This document shows positions 25,141 through 34,882 of a stretch of DNA of 64,000 nucleotides, piece by piece. The stretch covers positions 3,349 to 67,348 of the forward strand of contig DIWB01000027.1 of NCBI GenBank assembly GCA_002428385.1. Direction: 5' to 3'. The notes under the pieces were generated by a model, which saw only the letters and a list, made by a program, of their open reading frames with translations, made no database searches and was not told where the DNA came from. This DNA comes from Bacteroidales bacterium UBA6117 (GTDB taxonomy: Bacteria > Bacteroidota > Bacteroidia > Bacteroidales > VadinHA17). Position numbers and translations under genes: made by a program. The stretch's first letter is position 1; each line of letters begins with the position of its first letter.

Positions 25141-27207
25141 TTATAATCGTTTCCCTGACTGCACTTGTCTAAAATTTACCTGAACGGTCAGAAAGATGGA
25201 ACGACCGTAACCGTTTATCCCTGATCCATGATACCGGTAATCCTTGTTCAGGATATTCCGGAAGCTTAAATCGGCTGTCAGGAAGTTCCAGGTATAACCA
25301 CCGTTCAGATTGAATATGTTCCATCCGGGAGTTCCTCCATCGGGGATCCGGTTGTCATCGATATCACCCTGGGCCAGGCGCTCCTGCCGGGCTGCAGCAA
25401 TCCACTCGGCCCCTGTGTGCCAGTTGTCAGGCCTGTATTCTGCCGCCACTCTTCCGAACAGAGGCGGGATGCGGCGCACCGGCTCATCCTTTGTGATATT
25501 CTGACCGTAAGTCCAGGTAAGGTTGCCCGAAAAATTCAGCCATGATTTGGGTGAATAGTCCCAGGCTGTTTCAAATCCCTGAATATAAGCCCTTTCACTG
25601 TTTTCCTTTGTATAAAGAGGATATCCCTCAGTTTCCTGTCCTTCAACCCTTATCCTGGTGATAAGGTTATAAAGCTCATTGCGATAAAGGTAGATCTCTC
25701 CCCTCAGTCCGTTTTTGCTGTACTTATAGCCGACCTGATACTGGAAGGAACTCTCGGGTTTAAGATCAAAGTTTGGCGTCTCATACCTGAAATCGACGAT
25801 GCCAAGTGTTCCGAGATCATCTATATTAGGAGCCCTGAAGCCTGTATTAAGCGAGATGAACAGGCTGGATCCGGAATTCAGTTTTCTCATAAAAGCAAGG
25901 TTCCCCACAAGCGCTGAAGGAGTAAGCTTTGTCATGCCATGCTCCTGGTCATCAACATTTATTACATAAGAATTGAACCTGGCTCCGGCAGTAACGTTCC
26001 AGCGCGGCAGGTCGAAGGAGTGTACGGTAAAGAGAGCAAGACTGTTCATTGTCGAACCGTCGGGATACAGTCCTCTTTTTTCCGCGGCCGATGAGGTCGC
26101 CAGATCGGTATCGGTACGTGTGCTGTTAACCTGGTCGCTGTAAAACTCAACGCCGATATTGCCCGACCAGAGATCGTCATTTGAAACAAGAGCTTCGGCG
26201 GATAATCCGAAAGTCCTTACTTTGTCGTGTTCATGCCTGAGGATATCGGAACTGTTTTTCCGGCTCGACCTTCCCTCCCTGGTTTGCTGGTATGAAGCAG
26301 TTATTATCCCCGATTTCAGCATGCCTGCATCAATGTCGGTGTTGAACCTTGCGTAAGCCAGCCTTCTTGTCTGGGGGTCTGTTTCGTTTATCGCGTAGTT
26401 CTCAAGCACCACCTTGTGATAAACCGGGATATTTGTCTGGCTGACATTCTGATAAAGCATCGTCAGGGAAGTTTTGAGTGACAACAGGACACTGGCTTTG
26501 AAATCATGATCCGCCTCGTCATAGCCCGATGGAGTCTGCCTGCCCGTTGTGTCACCTCCGACTATATCTCCGAATTTCCGGAGAGAGACTCCGGCCCTGG
26601 CCGCAACCACTCTGTTGCTGAATGAAATGTTTGAATGGAGAGTCTGTTCCATTCCATGGGTTGAAATTCTTCCGAGCACTGTTCCTCCCCAGTCAGCTTC
26701 TTCTGTGAAGCCAGTTCCGTGACTGAGGGCCTGTACAGTTCCGCCGACAGCATCTGAACCATACTGAACGGATCCGCTTCCGCGAAGGACCTCTATTCTG
26801 CCTGCACTGAAAGGATCAATGGTATTGAAATACTGGTTCGGGCCGTATCTCATTGTCGAATTACTGATCCTTATCCCGTCATAAAGTAGGAGAGTCTGGT
26901 TTCCGGTCAGGCCGCGGATAAAAGGTGACCCGCCGCCATGGTTTGTCTTCTGGACAAAAACGCCGGGAGTAAGTGCAAGGGCCTCAGGCGATGTTCTGAG
27001 CTGATACTCCCCTATTGACTTATTGTCGATAGCCCTTACAGCTTCGGGTGTGTTCAGTGCAACTGAGTTGAATCTCCGGGCGGTAACCACCACCTCATTG
27101 ATGGCATGGGGCTTGAGGGAATCCTGAAGTGAACTTTTTGGTTGGTTCTGAGCTGATACAATTCCGGGTATAATAAGAAATATCAGCAGAATCAAAGTTC
27201 TGAACAT
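25141..27207 (-). CDS. TonB-dependent outer-membrane receptor
   Basis: Signal peptide. Plug motifs (GGGSPFIRGLTGNQTLLLYDGIRI, RIEVLRGSGSVQYGSDA). C-terminal aromatic barrel end (...LTVQVNF). Confidence 0.9.
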   Translation of the reverse strand: MFRTLILLIFLIIPGIVSAQNQPKSSLQDSLKPHAINEVVVTARRFNSVALNTPEAVRAIDNKSIGEYQLRTSPEALALTPGVFVQKTNHGGGSPFIRGLTGNQTLLLYDGIRISNSTMRYGPNQYFNTIDPFSAGRIEVLRGSGSVQYGSDAVGGTVQALSHGTGFTEEADWGGTVLGRISTHGMEQTLHSNISFSNRVVAARAGVSLRKFGDIVGGDTTGRQTPSGYDEADHDFKASVLLSLKTSLTMLYQNVSQTNIPVYHKVVLENYAINETDPQTRRLAYARFNTDIDAGMLKSGIITASYQQTREGRSSRKNSSDILRHEHDKVRTFGLSAEALVSNDDLWSGNIGVEFYSDQVNSTRTDTDLATSSAAEKRGLYPDGSTMNSLALFTVHSFDLPRWNVTAGARFNSYVINVDDQEHGMTKLTPSALVGNLAFMRKLNSGSSLFISLNTGFRAPNIDDLGTLGIVDFRYETPNFDLKPESSFQYQVGYKYSKNGLRGEIYLYRNELYNLITRIRVEGQETEGYPLYTKENSERAYIQGFETAWDYSPKSWLNFSGNLTWTYGQNITKDEPVRRIPPLFGRVAAEYRPDNWHTGAEWIAAARQERLAQGDIDDNRIPDGGTPGWNIFNLNGGYTWNFLTADLSFRNILNKDYRYHGSGINGYGRSIFLTVQVNFRQVQSGKRL

Positions 27208-27483
27208 ATTTATCTGGTTTTAGGTTTTCCAAATAAACAGATTTTTTTTGATTTAAGTGATGCATTAAAAACATAAACGGCACCCTGTTCAGGTACCGTC
27301 ATGTGATAATTATGCTATCTCTCTCAGAAACGGTAGCCCGCTGAAATGTTTTGATTTATCCTTAACACATTGACCTTCAGTCATGAGTCATCACATATAG
27401 AATAATGAAGATATTTATTTGAAATTAAAATAAACATATACCATATCCTGAACAAATACGGGGATCCGTCGGTCCTTGATAAC

Positions 27484-27843
27484 TTGCAGGACCTGATCGC
27501 ATCCAAGACAAATGATTCCACTGCCGATGCAAACCTTGGCGGACTTCTTGGAGTAAACGGAGGCACTCAGGCAGCTCAGGCCCTTGGAAAATCACTCAAC
27601 ATTGATGCATCGAAGATCATGAAAATGATTCCCGCACTTGCACCAATTATTCTTGGCGCTCTTTCGAAGAAGAAAACCACTGCAAGCGGAGGTATCGGCG
27701 GAATCGGTTCACTACTTGATGCAGACGGAGACGGAAGCATTATTGATGATGTCGCCGGCTACATCCTGAAAGGCGGCGGAGGACAGCAGGCAAAGGGCAA
27801 AGGCATCCTGGGATCCATCCTCGGAGGCATGTTCAGAAGATAA
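27484..27843 (+). CDS. DUF937-like glycine-rich protein, start codon uncertain
   Basis: Gly-rich repeats with a DADGDGSIIDD segment resemble DUF937. There is no ATG in the open frame, which runs back to a TGA at 27406. The track uses the TTG at 27484. Confidence 0.5.
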   Translation: MQDLIASKTNDSTADANLGGLLGVNGGTQAAQALGKSLNIDASKIMKMIPALAPIILGALSKKKTTASGGIGGIGSLLDADGDGSIIDDVAGYILKGGGGQQAKGKGILGSILGGMFRR

Positions 27844-27882
27844 GAATTCAGAGATATATCCGGTCGTATTACAGTCGGAATT

Positions 27883-27912
27883 AAATCCCCCTTTTTCATG
27901 GGGGATTTTTTT
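27883..27912 (+). terminator. rho-independent terminator
   Basis: AAATCCCCC-TTTTTCAT-GGGGGATTT followed by TTTT, 40 nt after the stop at 27843. Confidence 0.65.
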
Positions 27913-28089
27913 GCCCTTACTTTGAAAACATCAGTTATTGCATTCATTTTCTGCCAATAAATCAGGAAATTTTAAGGCAACAATAATTACAAATTATTGT
28001 TAAATATGTTAAATAAGTTTAAATCAAGGGAATGGCATGGCTAATTTTCCTAATTTTGTTGCCGCTTAAGTTAATTAGCATTATAAGTG

Positions 28090-29376
28090 ATGAAAAAAAC
28101 AATTTTAATCACACTGGCAGTATTTGTAGTTACAATGATCGCCCTGTTTGCCTTCAACAAGCTTACATCCAGGGAGGACAGGAATTTGTTGTTTACCGAA
28201 GCCGTAAAAGGCGATTTTGAGGTCTCAATCTCAGTCCCCGGAGAAATTCTTGCAGAAAACGCAGTAGATATCAAAGCCCCCGAAGTAAGCAGAGGAAGAG
28301 ATTTCAGGGCCCAGCCGCTCAGGATTACCGACATGGTGGCCGAAGGAACCATTGTGAACACCGGTGATTATGTTGCCACAATCGACAGGACCCAGTACGA
28401 CAACACTCTGAAAGATGAGCGTGAAAGGCTCAACGAATACAGGAACAACATTGAGATGAAAAAGCTCGATACCGCTGTAACCCTCACCAATTTAAGAAAT
28501 AACATACGAAATCAGATTCACACGGTTGAAGAAGCTGAAATAACCCTCCGAAACTCAAAATTTGAACCTCCGGCCACAATCAGGCAGGCAGAAATAGACG
28601 TGGAAAGGCAGAAAAGGATGCTGGAGCAGAGGCTGAGAGGTTACGAGCTCAGGGTGGCTCAGTTAAAAAGAGACCTCATCAGGCAGAATATGTTTTACAA
28701 CAGAATTGAAAGAAGGGTTGAAAGCCTTGAAGAGGTGATTGCCGGATTCACTATCACAGCGCCCTCTCCGGGTATGGTTGTCTACAAAAGGGATCGGAGG
28801 GGCACTAAAATTAAAACAGGATCGAATATTAACATGGCCGACAGAATTGTAGCTACTTTGCCTGACCTCTCTTCGCTTCTTTCACAGATCTACATCAGCG
28901 AGATAGAAATAAGAAAGATCGAGCCCGGACAGAATGTGGAGATCAGGGTTGATGCCTTCCCGAACAAGATGTTTTCAGGAAAAGTATATACGGTAGCCAA
29001 TATTGGTGAACAGCTTGAAAATTCCGACTCCAAGGTTTTCGAGGTAATGGTAAGGCTTGACGGATCCGATCCCGACCTCCGTCCGGCAATGACCACAAGC
29101 AATAAGGTAATCATACAGAAATACAGCGATGTAATATACATTCCAACTGAATGCGTTCATGCCGAAGCTGACGGGATTCCATTCGTTTACACAAAGGACA
29201 AAGCCAAACAGATTGTTGTCACAGGTGATTCAAACGACAAGCATACAATTATTGAGCAGGGCCTCAAGCCAAAACAGGCAATTTATGTGCTGACACCTGA
29301 GAACGCCGATGATTTCATTGTAAGAGGCGAGGAACTCAAGGAGGTCAACCACGAAAGGATGACTGCCAGAAAATAA
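28090..29376 (+). CDS. HlyD-family efflux adaptor (membrane-fusion protein)
   Basis: N-terminal TM anchor, long coiled-coil region (residues about 110-210), and lipoyl/beta-barrel motifs (ITAPSPGMVV, VRVDAFP...GKV). ATG at 28090 preferred over GTG at 28087. Confidence 0.8.
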   Translation: MKKTILITLAVFVVTMIALFAFNKLTSREDRNLLFTEAVKGDFEVSISVPGEILAENAVDIKAPEVSRGRDFRAQPLRITDMVAEGTIVNTGDYVATIDRTQYDNTLKDERERLNEYRNNIEMKKLDTAVTLTNLRNNIRNQIHTVEEAEITLRNSKFEPPATIRQAEIDVERQKRMLEQRLRGYELRVAQLKRDLIRQNMFYNRIERRVESLEEVIAGFTITAPSPGMVVYKRDRRGTKIKTGSNINMADRIVATLPDLSSLLSQIYISEIEIRKIEPGQNVEIRVDAFPNKMFSGKVYTVANIGEQLENSDSKVFEVMVRLDGSDPDLRPAMTTSNKVIIQKYSDVIYIPTECVHAEADGIPFVYTKDKAKQIVVTGDSNDKHTIIEQGLKPKQAIYVLTPENADDFIVRGEELKEVNHERMTARK

Positions 29377-29379
29377 AAA

Positions 29380-29407
29380 AACCGCAAAACACTGGTGCTT
29401 TGCGGTT
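29380..29407. terminator. bidirectional terminator hairpin between convergent genes
   Basis: AACCGCAAA-10 nt-TTTGCGGTT, flanked by an A-run on the 5' side and T-rich sequence on the 3' side. Confidence 0.6.
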
Positions 29408-29429
29408 CTGTTCATTTAACTGCCTGTCT

Positions 29430-29963
29430 TTATTTCTTATCGTAAGCCATTTTTGTCTTAACCTCGCCGTTCGGGGTATTCCTCGTGGTGGCAATTGTAA
29501 GGGAAGCCGGGCTGTTGAGTGTCCAGACTTCAGTGGTAGTGAATTCCATCGCCTGTCCGTCGCGTTCAAATGACATTTTAGTTACAATGGTAAGCGATTT
29601 GCCATCGGCCGACCAGGTAGCGGTTGATTTGCTTTCACCCATTCCCATAGTGTTTACGCTTTCCTTGCCGTCGAGCGTGTATTTTCTGGTCGTGTTCACG
29701 GTCTGACCATCCCTGCCCTGACGAGTTCTTTCAACGGTAAGAAGATTGGCTGCCTGCGTCGCAGTGAAATCACCGCCGCCCATGCCCATTCTTCCGCCGC
29801 CCTGACCCTGATCACCCAGTTCACTCTTTTCGGCATTGAAAGCCCATTTTCCCGAAAAATCAGCCTTTGAGCCCTGTGCATTGAGAGCCAGAGGCATGCA
29901 AAGAAAAGCAAGCATTACTGTTAATGACAGTATCTGCATAGTAAAATTTTTCTTCATATTCAA
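29430..29963 (-). CDS. exported hypothetical protein (beta-rich, lipocalin-like pattern)
   Basis: Signal peptide ...LALNAQ. Gly-rich linker followed by alternating beta-strand pattern. No assignable family. Confidence 0.6.
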   Translation of the reverse strand: MNMKKNFTMQILSLTVMLAFLCMPLALNAQGSKADFSGKWAFNAEKSELGDQGQGGGRMGMGGGDFTATQAANLLTVERTRQGRDGQTVNTTRKYTLDGKESVNTMGMGESKSTATWSADGKSLTIVTKMSFERDGQAMEFTTTEVWTLNSPASLTIATTRNTPNGEVKTKMAYDKK

Positions 29964-30108
29964 TAAGATTTTATTGGTTTATTGTATTAGACACCTGGAA
30001 CAAGGTAAATATTCCCTGATCCATACAGTATTTAAAAGGAAAAAAGACCATCCGGATTATAAGGAAATAATTCACAGTAAATAAATTTTGGCTTGTCATC
30101 TCATTTTG

Positions 30109-30116
30109 TAAATTTG
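30109..30116 (+). promoter_or_regulatory. candidate promoter: -7 box TAAATTTG with TTTG 18 nt upstream
   Basis: Exact TAnnTTTG match at 30109-30116 and TTTG at 30087-30090. The ATG is at 30176. Confidence 0.35.
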
Positions 30117-30175
30117 GTAATTGCCACAAGTTCACAAAATGATTATTTCCAAACCTAACCCATAATCGTTAAAAC

Positions 30176-31687
30176 ATGTCAGATTCAAAGAAAATCAACA
30201 GGCGCGAATTCCTGGGATCGGCTGCCGCTGCATCCCTGGCAATGACTATTGTACCACGGCAGGTCCTGGGCGGACCCGGATATGTGGCTCCAAGCGACAA
30301 ACTTACCCTGGGATATATAGGCTGCGGCACCCAGGGCATGAGAGAAATGACCGGACTGATAGCCAACCCGGCAGTTCAGATTGTGGCGGTTGCCGACCCG
30401 AATAAATTCACGACAGATTATGTCGACTGGTCGGCAAACGGCATCAGGGACGGCATCCGCAAGGCTCTCGGGAACAACAGCTGGGGCGAAAAACTGAAAG
30501 GGATACCCGGAGGAAGGGATATCGGACAGGAATTCGTGAACAGTTACTATGCAAAATCAAAGGACGCAGTCAATTACAAAGGATGCTCATCGTATGCCGA
30601 TTTCAGGGAGATGTTCGAAAAAGAAAAGGATATTGATGCCATCAAGAACATGACGCCCGATCACCTCCACGCAACCGTGGCAATTGCCTCGATGAAGAAA
30701 GGGATGCATGTGGTTACCCACAAACCCATTGCCAACAGGATCCGCGAAGGAAGACTAACCATCGAAACTGCAAGGAGCACAGGGATGAGCACCCATCTTC
30801 TGGCATGGAACAACAGGCCCGGATCCGCTCTTATTAAAACCTGGATCAATGCGGGATTGATCGGAACACTGAAAGAGATCCACAACTGGTCGAACAGGCC
30901 GGTATGGCCGCAGTGGCAATCAGTTCCTGCCGACAAGCCGCCGGTTCCGAAGGGATTCGACTGGCAGCTCTGGCTCGGCCCTGTTCCCGACAGGCCTTAT
31001 CACCCTAATTTCACCCATGCCGTTTTCCGCGGATGGTACGATTTCGGCGGAGGAAGCATCGCCGACATGGGCCATTACAGCCTGTTCAACCTGTTCCTTG
31101 CCCTGGGTATAGAAAAGCCTGCGTACAGCGCTGAAGCCAACGCCACAACAACATGCACCCTCCGAGATAACGTCGCGGTTGGCGTTAACAACACTGCCGC
31201 TTTCCCGCTGTCGTGCATGATCCGCTTCCAGTTTACCGAACAACCTGATCTTCCTCCCTTTGAACTCCTGTGGTACGACGGCGGAATTAAGCCTTTCGTT
31301 CCCGATGAACTCAGATCAACAGGCAAATCACTTCCCCGCGAGGGAATGATGATAGTTGGCGACAAGGGAAAAATCCTGGCCGGATTCAGAGGCGAGGACC
31401 CGGTGCTTCTTCCTGAAAGTAAAATGGAACATATCGTCAGGAACTATAACAGGGAGGATGAAGGCGGAGCCGGCGACAACGTCTGGATCGACGCTTTCAG
31501 AACTGGCTCGCAGGCGCCGGGAAGCTTTCTGCTTGCAGGTCCTGTAACTGAGACAATCAATCTGGGAGCAATAGCCCTCAGGGCAAAACAAAGGGTTGAA
31601 TATGATTCGGCAACCATGAAGATAACCAACATTCCTGAAACCAATCAATACCTCACCAGAGAATACCGACCGGGATGGGAGCTCTGA
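30176..31687 (+). CDS. Gfo/Idh/MocA-family oxidoreductase with a Tat signal
   Basis: RREFLGSAAAASLAM is a Tat motif. Rossmann segment LGYIGCGTQGM with GFO_IDH_MocA-like core. Confidence 0.85.
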   Translation: MSDSKKINRREFLGSAAAASLAMTIVPRQVLGGPGYVAPSDKLTLGYIGCGTQGMREMTGLIANPAVQIVAVADPNKFTTDYVDWSANGIRDGIRKALGNNSWGEKLKGIPGGRDIGQEFVNSYYAKSKDAVNYKGCSSYADFREMFEKEKDIDAIKNMTPDHLHATVAIASMKKGMHVVTHKPIANRIREGRLTIETARSTGMSTHLLAWNNRPGSALIKTWINAGLIGTLKEIHNWSNRPVWPQWQSVPADKPPVPKGFDWQLWLGPVPDRPYHPNFTHAVFRGWYDFGGGSIADMGHYSLFNLFLALGIEKPAYSAEANATTTCTLRDNVAVGVNNTAAFPLSCMIRFQFTEQPDLPPFELLWYDGGIKPFVPDELRSTGKSLPREGMMIVGDKGKILAGFRGEDPVLLPESKMEHIVRNYNREDEGGAGDNVWIDAFRTGSQAPGSFLLAGPVTETINLGAIALRAKQRVEYDSATMKITNIPETNQYLTREYRPGWEL

Positions 31688-31761
31688 CCTTTTGATTGGT
31701 ATGGATTTTTTTTATATCTTTCGGCCTTGGAAATTAAACCATAATTTAATTATAAAGAAGT

Positions 31762-32262
31762 ATGACAAGGAAGTTGTTTGCATTTTCAGTAATTGCGCTT
31801 ATTATGATCTCCTGCGGAACCGGAGGAAAAAAGGAGGCCGCGCAGACCAATCAGGAACAGGGTGCTGTCAGTGTTGAATTTGCCTCATTGATAGCCAATC
31901 CTTCCGAATACGTGGGCAAAAACATCAGCGTTGAAGGCAAGGTGGTACATGTTTGCATGCACAGCGGAAAGAAACTGTTCATCACGGGAGATAACCCGGA
32001 TGTCAGGCTGTACATTCAGGCGGGGGAAGAAATGCCGAAATTCCCGACTGAACTGCTTGGAAGTGAAGTAATCGTTGAAGGCATGCTGACACAGCCGGCA
32101 GCCGGAGCAGGTGAGACTCATGAAGCAGAAGGAGCTCTGACCGCTGCTCCAATGCATGCCGAAACAGGAGCCGATTCATGCGAAACTGAAAAGGCTTTAG
32201 CCACCCAGACTGCTCTTGCCGATCTGATGATGGTCTACGCAAAGCACACGGTTGTGAAGTAG
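31762..32262 (+). CDS. lipoprotein, unknown function
   Basis: MTRKLFAFSVIALIMISCG is a lipobox. The central segment (YVGKNISVEGKVVHVC...VIVEGML) looks OB-fold-like. Confidence 0.6.
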   Translation: MTRKLFAFSVIALIMISCGTGGKKEAAQTNQEQGAVSVEFASLIANPSEYVGKNISVEGKVVHVCMHSGKKLFITGDNPDVRLYIQAGEEMPKFPTELLGSEVIVEGMLTQPAAGAGETHEAEGALTAAPMHAETGADSCETEKALATQTALADLMMVYAKHTVVK

Positions 32263-32283
32263 CAGCAACAGAAGCACTTAACT

Positions 32284-32311
32284 AAAAGGTCAGTCCCAAA
32301 CTGACCTTTTT
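32284..32311 (+). terminator. rho-independent terminator
   Basis: AAAAGGTCAGT-CCCAA-ACTGACCTTTT followed by T-rich sequence, 22 nt after the stop. Confidence 0.65.
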
Positions 32312-32324
32312 CAATTTCATTTTT

Positions 32325-32873
32325 ATGAACATTAATAAATTCAACAGGGTAACCCATCGCGATATAGGGTATCTCATCGCCGGGATGACGATAATTTATG
32401 CATTGTCGGGTATTGCCCTTAACCACAAGAACGACTGGAATCCGAATTACTTAATTGAGAATAAGTCATTCACGACCGATATCCCCGTGCAGAGGGAAAG
32501 CTTCAATGATGCCGCTGCGAGGGAAATACTCGAGAAGATTCCCGGGAAACCCCAATATAAAACATTCTACTACCCATCGGGTAACATACTCACCATTTTC
32601 GTCAACAACGGATCGGTGAGGATAAACACAGGCACCGGTGAGGGTACTATAGAAAGAATAAGCAAACGGCCCCTCTTTTTCCAGATCAACTTCCTGCACT
32701 ACAATCCCGGGAGATGGTGGAAATACTTCAGCGACATTTTTTGTGTTTCGCTTATGTTTGTGACAGTCACGGGCCTTTTCCTTGTAAAGGGCAAAAACGG
32801 AATAACACGCAGAGGAGCGGTCCTTACAGCCGCCGGTGTGATCCTGCCCCTGCTTTTCCTTTTCATTTACTGA
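32325..32873 (+). CDS. PepSY-associated TM-helix family membrane protein
   Basis: The N-terminal HRDIGYLIAGMTIIYALSGIALNH motif and the C-terminal TM pair are typical of PepSY_TM proteins. Confidence 0.65.
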   Translation: MNINKFNRVTHRDIGYLIAGMTIIYALSGIALNHKNDWNPNYLIENKSFTTDIPVQRESFNDAAAREILEKIPGKPQYKTFYYPSGNILTIFVNNGSVRINTGTGEGTIERISKRPLFFQINFLHYNPGRWWKYFSDIFCVSLMFVTVTGLFLVKGKNGITRRGAVLTAAGVILPLLFLFIY

Positions 32874-32901
32874 TAATAACCCAACCTGAAACAGTAACCA
32901 T

Positions 32902-34494
32902 ATGCAGAAAAAATGTGTTCTCATCATAATTTCCTGCTTTGCGCTGATGTTCACATCATGCAAAACGGGTCAGGAAAAACCGGCGGCAGCCAATAAAGAG
33001 GATGTTTCATGGATAACGGAAATGACCATCTCCCAGTTGCAGGCGGGCTACTCCGAAAAAAAGTACACGGTGTCTGAAGTGATTTCCGTCTTCCTTGAAA
33101 GGATAGAGCAGATTGACAGAAGCGGGCCTGCATTGAACTCAATAATAATTGTCAATCCTGATGCCATGAAGATTGCCGCAGAGCTCGACAGAAGACTTGC
33201 TGCCGGAGAAACCATGGGTCCTCTTTTCGGCGTACCGGTGGTAATAAAAGACAATATCGATACTCACGACGGTATGCCCAATACCGGCGGAGCCACCGTT
33301 CTGAGAAATTCCTACCCTGCATCCGACAGCCCGGTAGCTGCGAAACTCCGTGAGGCCGGAGCGGTTATCATCGCGAAATCGAACCTGAGTGAGTGGGCAA
33401 ATTTCAGAAGCATGTCGTCGTCGAGCGGATGGAGCGGCGTCGGCGGCCAGACAAAAAATCCCTACGTTCTCGATCGTAATCCCTGCGGTTCCAGTTCAGG
33501 ATCGGGGGTTGCAGTCTCTGCAAACCTCTGCATGGCTGCAATCGGCACCGAGACCAACGGATCGATAGTCTGCCCGTCGAACAACAACGGAATCGTCGGG
33601 ATCAAACCAACAGTCGGACTGATAAGCAGGAGAGGCATAATCCCGATATCATATACTCAGGACACGCCCGGACCCATGGCCCGTACCGTGGAGGATGCGG
33701 CAAGATGCCTCGGGACGCTAACGGGGATTGATCCTGAGGATCAGCTTACGCTGGAGTCGGAAGGAAGATCCCTGAAGGATTACTCTGCATTTCTTAAAAA
33801 GGACGGACTGCAGGGGAAAAGGATCGGTCTGATCAGGAATTCGGCCGGCTATTCAGCAAGGGTTGAAGAGCTTGTAAAAAAGGCCGTTGCTGATATGGCC
33901 TCAATGGGAGCTGAAATAATTGAAGTTGATGCACCTCGCGGATCAGCATATGAGGATGCTTCGTTCGAGGTTCTGCTTTACGAATTCAGGGACGGCCTGA
34001 ATAAATATTTCGCCGGACTTGGTGAGAATGCACCTGTTAATAACCTGACTGAACTGGTTGAATTCAACAAAAGCGATACCGTCGAACTAAGGTATTTTGA
34101 TCAGTCTATACTTGAGATGGCCGACAAAAAAGGCGATTTAAATTCGCCTGAATATAAAAAAGCCCTTGAGACCATGTTAAAAGCCTCAAGGGAAGAAGGT
34201 ATTGATAAAATGATGGATTCAAATGATCTTGATGCCCTTATTGCACCGACCGGATCGCCGGCATGGAAGACCGACCTGGTACTGGGTGATCATTTCATAG
34301 GCGGGAATTCATCGCTTGCTGCCATATCGGGATACCCGGCCATCACTGTACCAATGGGATTTATTTCAAACCTGCCGGTGGGTATTACTTTTTTCGGCAG
34401 GGCATGGAGTGAACCATTGCTCATTGAAATCGCGTATGGTTATGAACAGGGCACCTTACACCGGAAAACTCCCGGATTCCTGCCCACGGACTGA
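32902..34494 (+). CDS. amidase-signature family amidase, lipoprotein
   Basis: Lipobox (FTSCK). AS-family core KDNIDT...GGA...GSSSGSGVAVSA with the Ser-cisSer-Lys pattern. Confidence 0.9.
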   Translation: MQKKCVLIIISCFALMFTSCKTGQEKPAAANKEDVSWITEMTISQLQAGYSEKKYTVSEVISVFLERIEQIDRSGPALNSIIIVNPDAMKIAAELDRRLAAGETMGPLFGVPVVIKDNIDTHDGMPNTGGATVLRNSYPASDSPVAAKLREAGAVIIAKSNLSEWANFRSMSSSSGWSGVGGQTKNPYVLDRNPCGSSSGSGVAVSANLCMAAIGTETNGSIVCPSNNNGIVGIKPTVGLISRRGIIPISYTQDTPGPMARTVEDAARCLGTLTGIDPEDQLTLESEGRSLKDYSAFLKKDGLQGKRIGLIRNSAGYSARVEELVKKAVADMASMGAEIIEVDAPRGSAYEDASFEVLLYEFRDGLNKYFAGLGENAPVNNLTELVEFNKSDTVELRYFDQSILEMADKKGDLNSPEYKKALETMLKASREEGIDKMMDSNDLDALIAPTGSPAWKTDLVLGDHFIGGNSSLAAISGYPAITVPMGFISNLPVGITFFGRAWSEPLLIEIAYGYEQGTLHRKTPGFLPTD

Positions 34495-34587
34495 AGCCCT
34501 GACAGGTTGAATGCCCTGGTTAAGTTGAAAATAACAACAAATATTTATCGTAATTCAATAAGCTGCTTATTGTAATTCGATAATTTC

Positions 34588-34613
34588 TTTACCTGAAACG
34601 ATATGGTTTTCAG
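34588..34613 (-). repeat. second copy (inverted) of the 26-nt element CTGAAAACCATATCGTTTCAGGTAAA
   Basis: Exact reverse complement of 1383-1408. Contains the CTGAAA/TTTCAG hairpin. Its first 4 nt include the tatA TGA stop (34610-34612). Confidence 0.9.
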
Positions 34614-34801
34614 ATCTTCTTTTCGTCCTCTTTGGATTCAGCTTTAGCCTTGTCAGACTCATCATCGACCTTGGAGGCTTTTTTGAAGTCTTTCAGCCCC
34701 TGACCAAGACCTTTCATCAGTTCGGGTATTTTTCTTCCGCCGAAAAGAAGTACGACCACCAGCAGAATGAGTATGATTTCCGTCAGACCTAATCTTCCCA
34801 T
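34610..34801 (-). CDS. tatA: twin-arginine translocase subunit TatA/E
   Basis: [41 protein letters not shown] is the canonical TatA TM helix plus amphipathic helix. Confidence 0.9.
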   Translation of the reverse strand: MGRLGLTEIILILLVVVLLFGGRKIPELMKGLGQGLKDFKKASKVDDESDKAKAESKEDEKKI

Positions 34802-34882
34802 AGTTCAAATTATTAATAACCCGATAAAGATAGCTTTTCTTTATCAAATCATCAAGTACCAGGAGAAGGATTGATGGTTACT

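Noticed and set aside
27208-27400. Possible TPP riboswitch upstream of the TonB-dependent receptor (minus strand contains CTGAGA ... ACCTGAAC ... GGGTGCC)
   Set aside because: The order loosely resembles the THI-box, but the P3 hairpin is missing, the ACCCxxGAACCTGATC...GCG.AGGGA core is not reproduced, and no convincing P1 can be drawn. A covariance-model scan (Rfam RF00059) would settle it.
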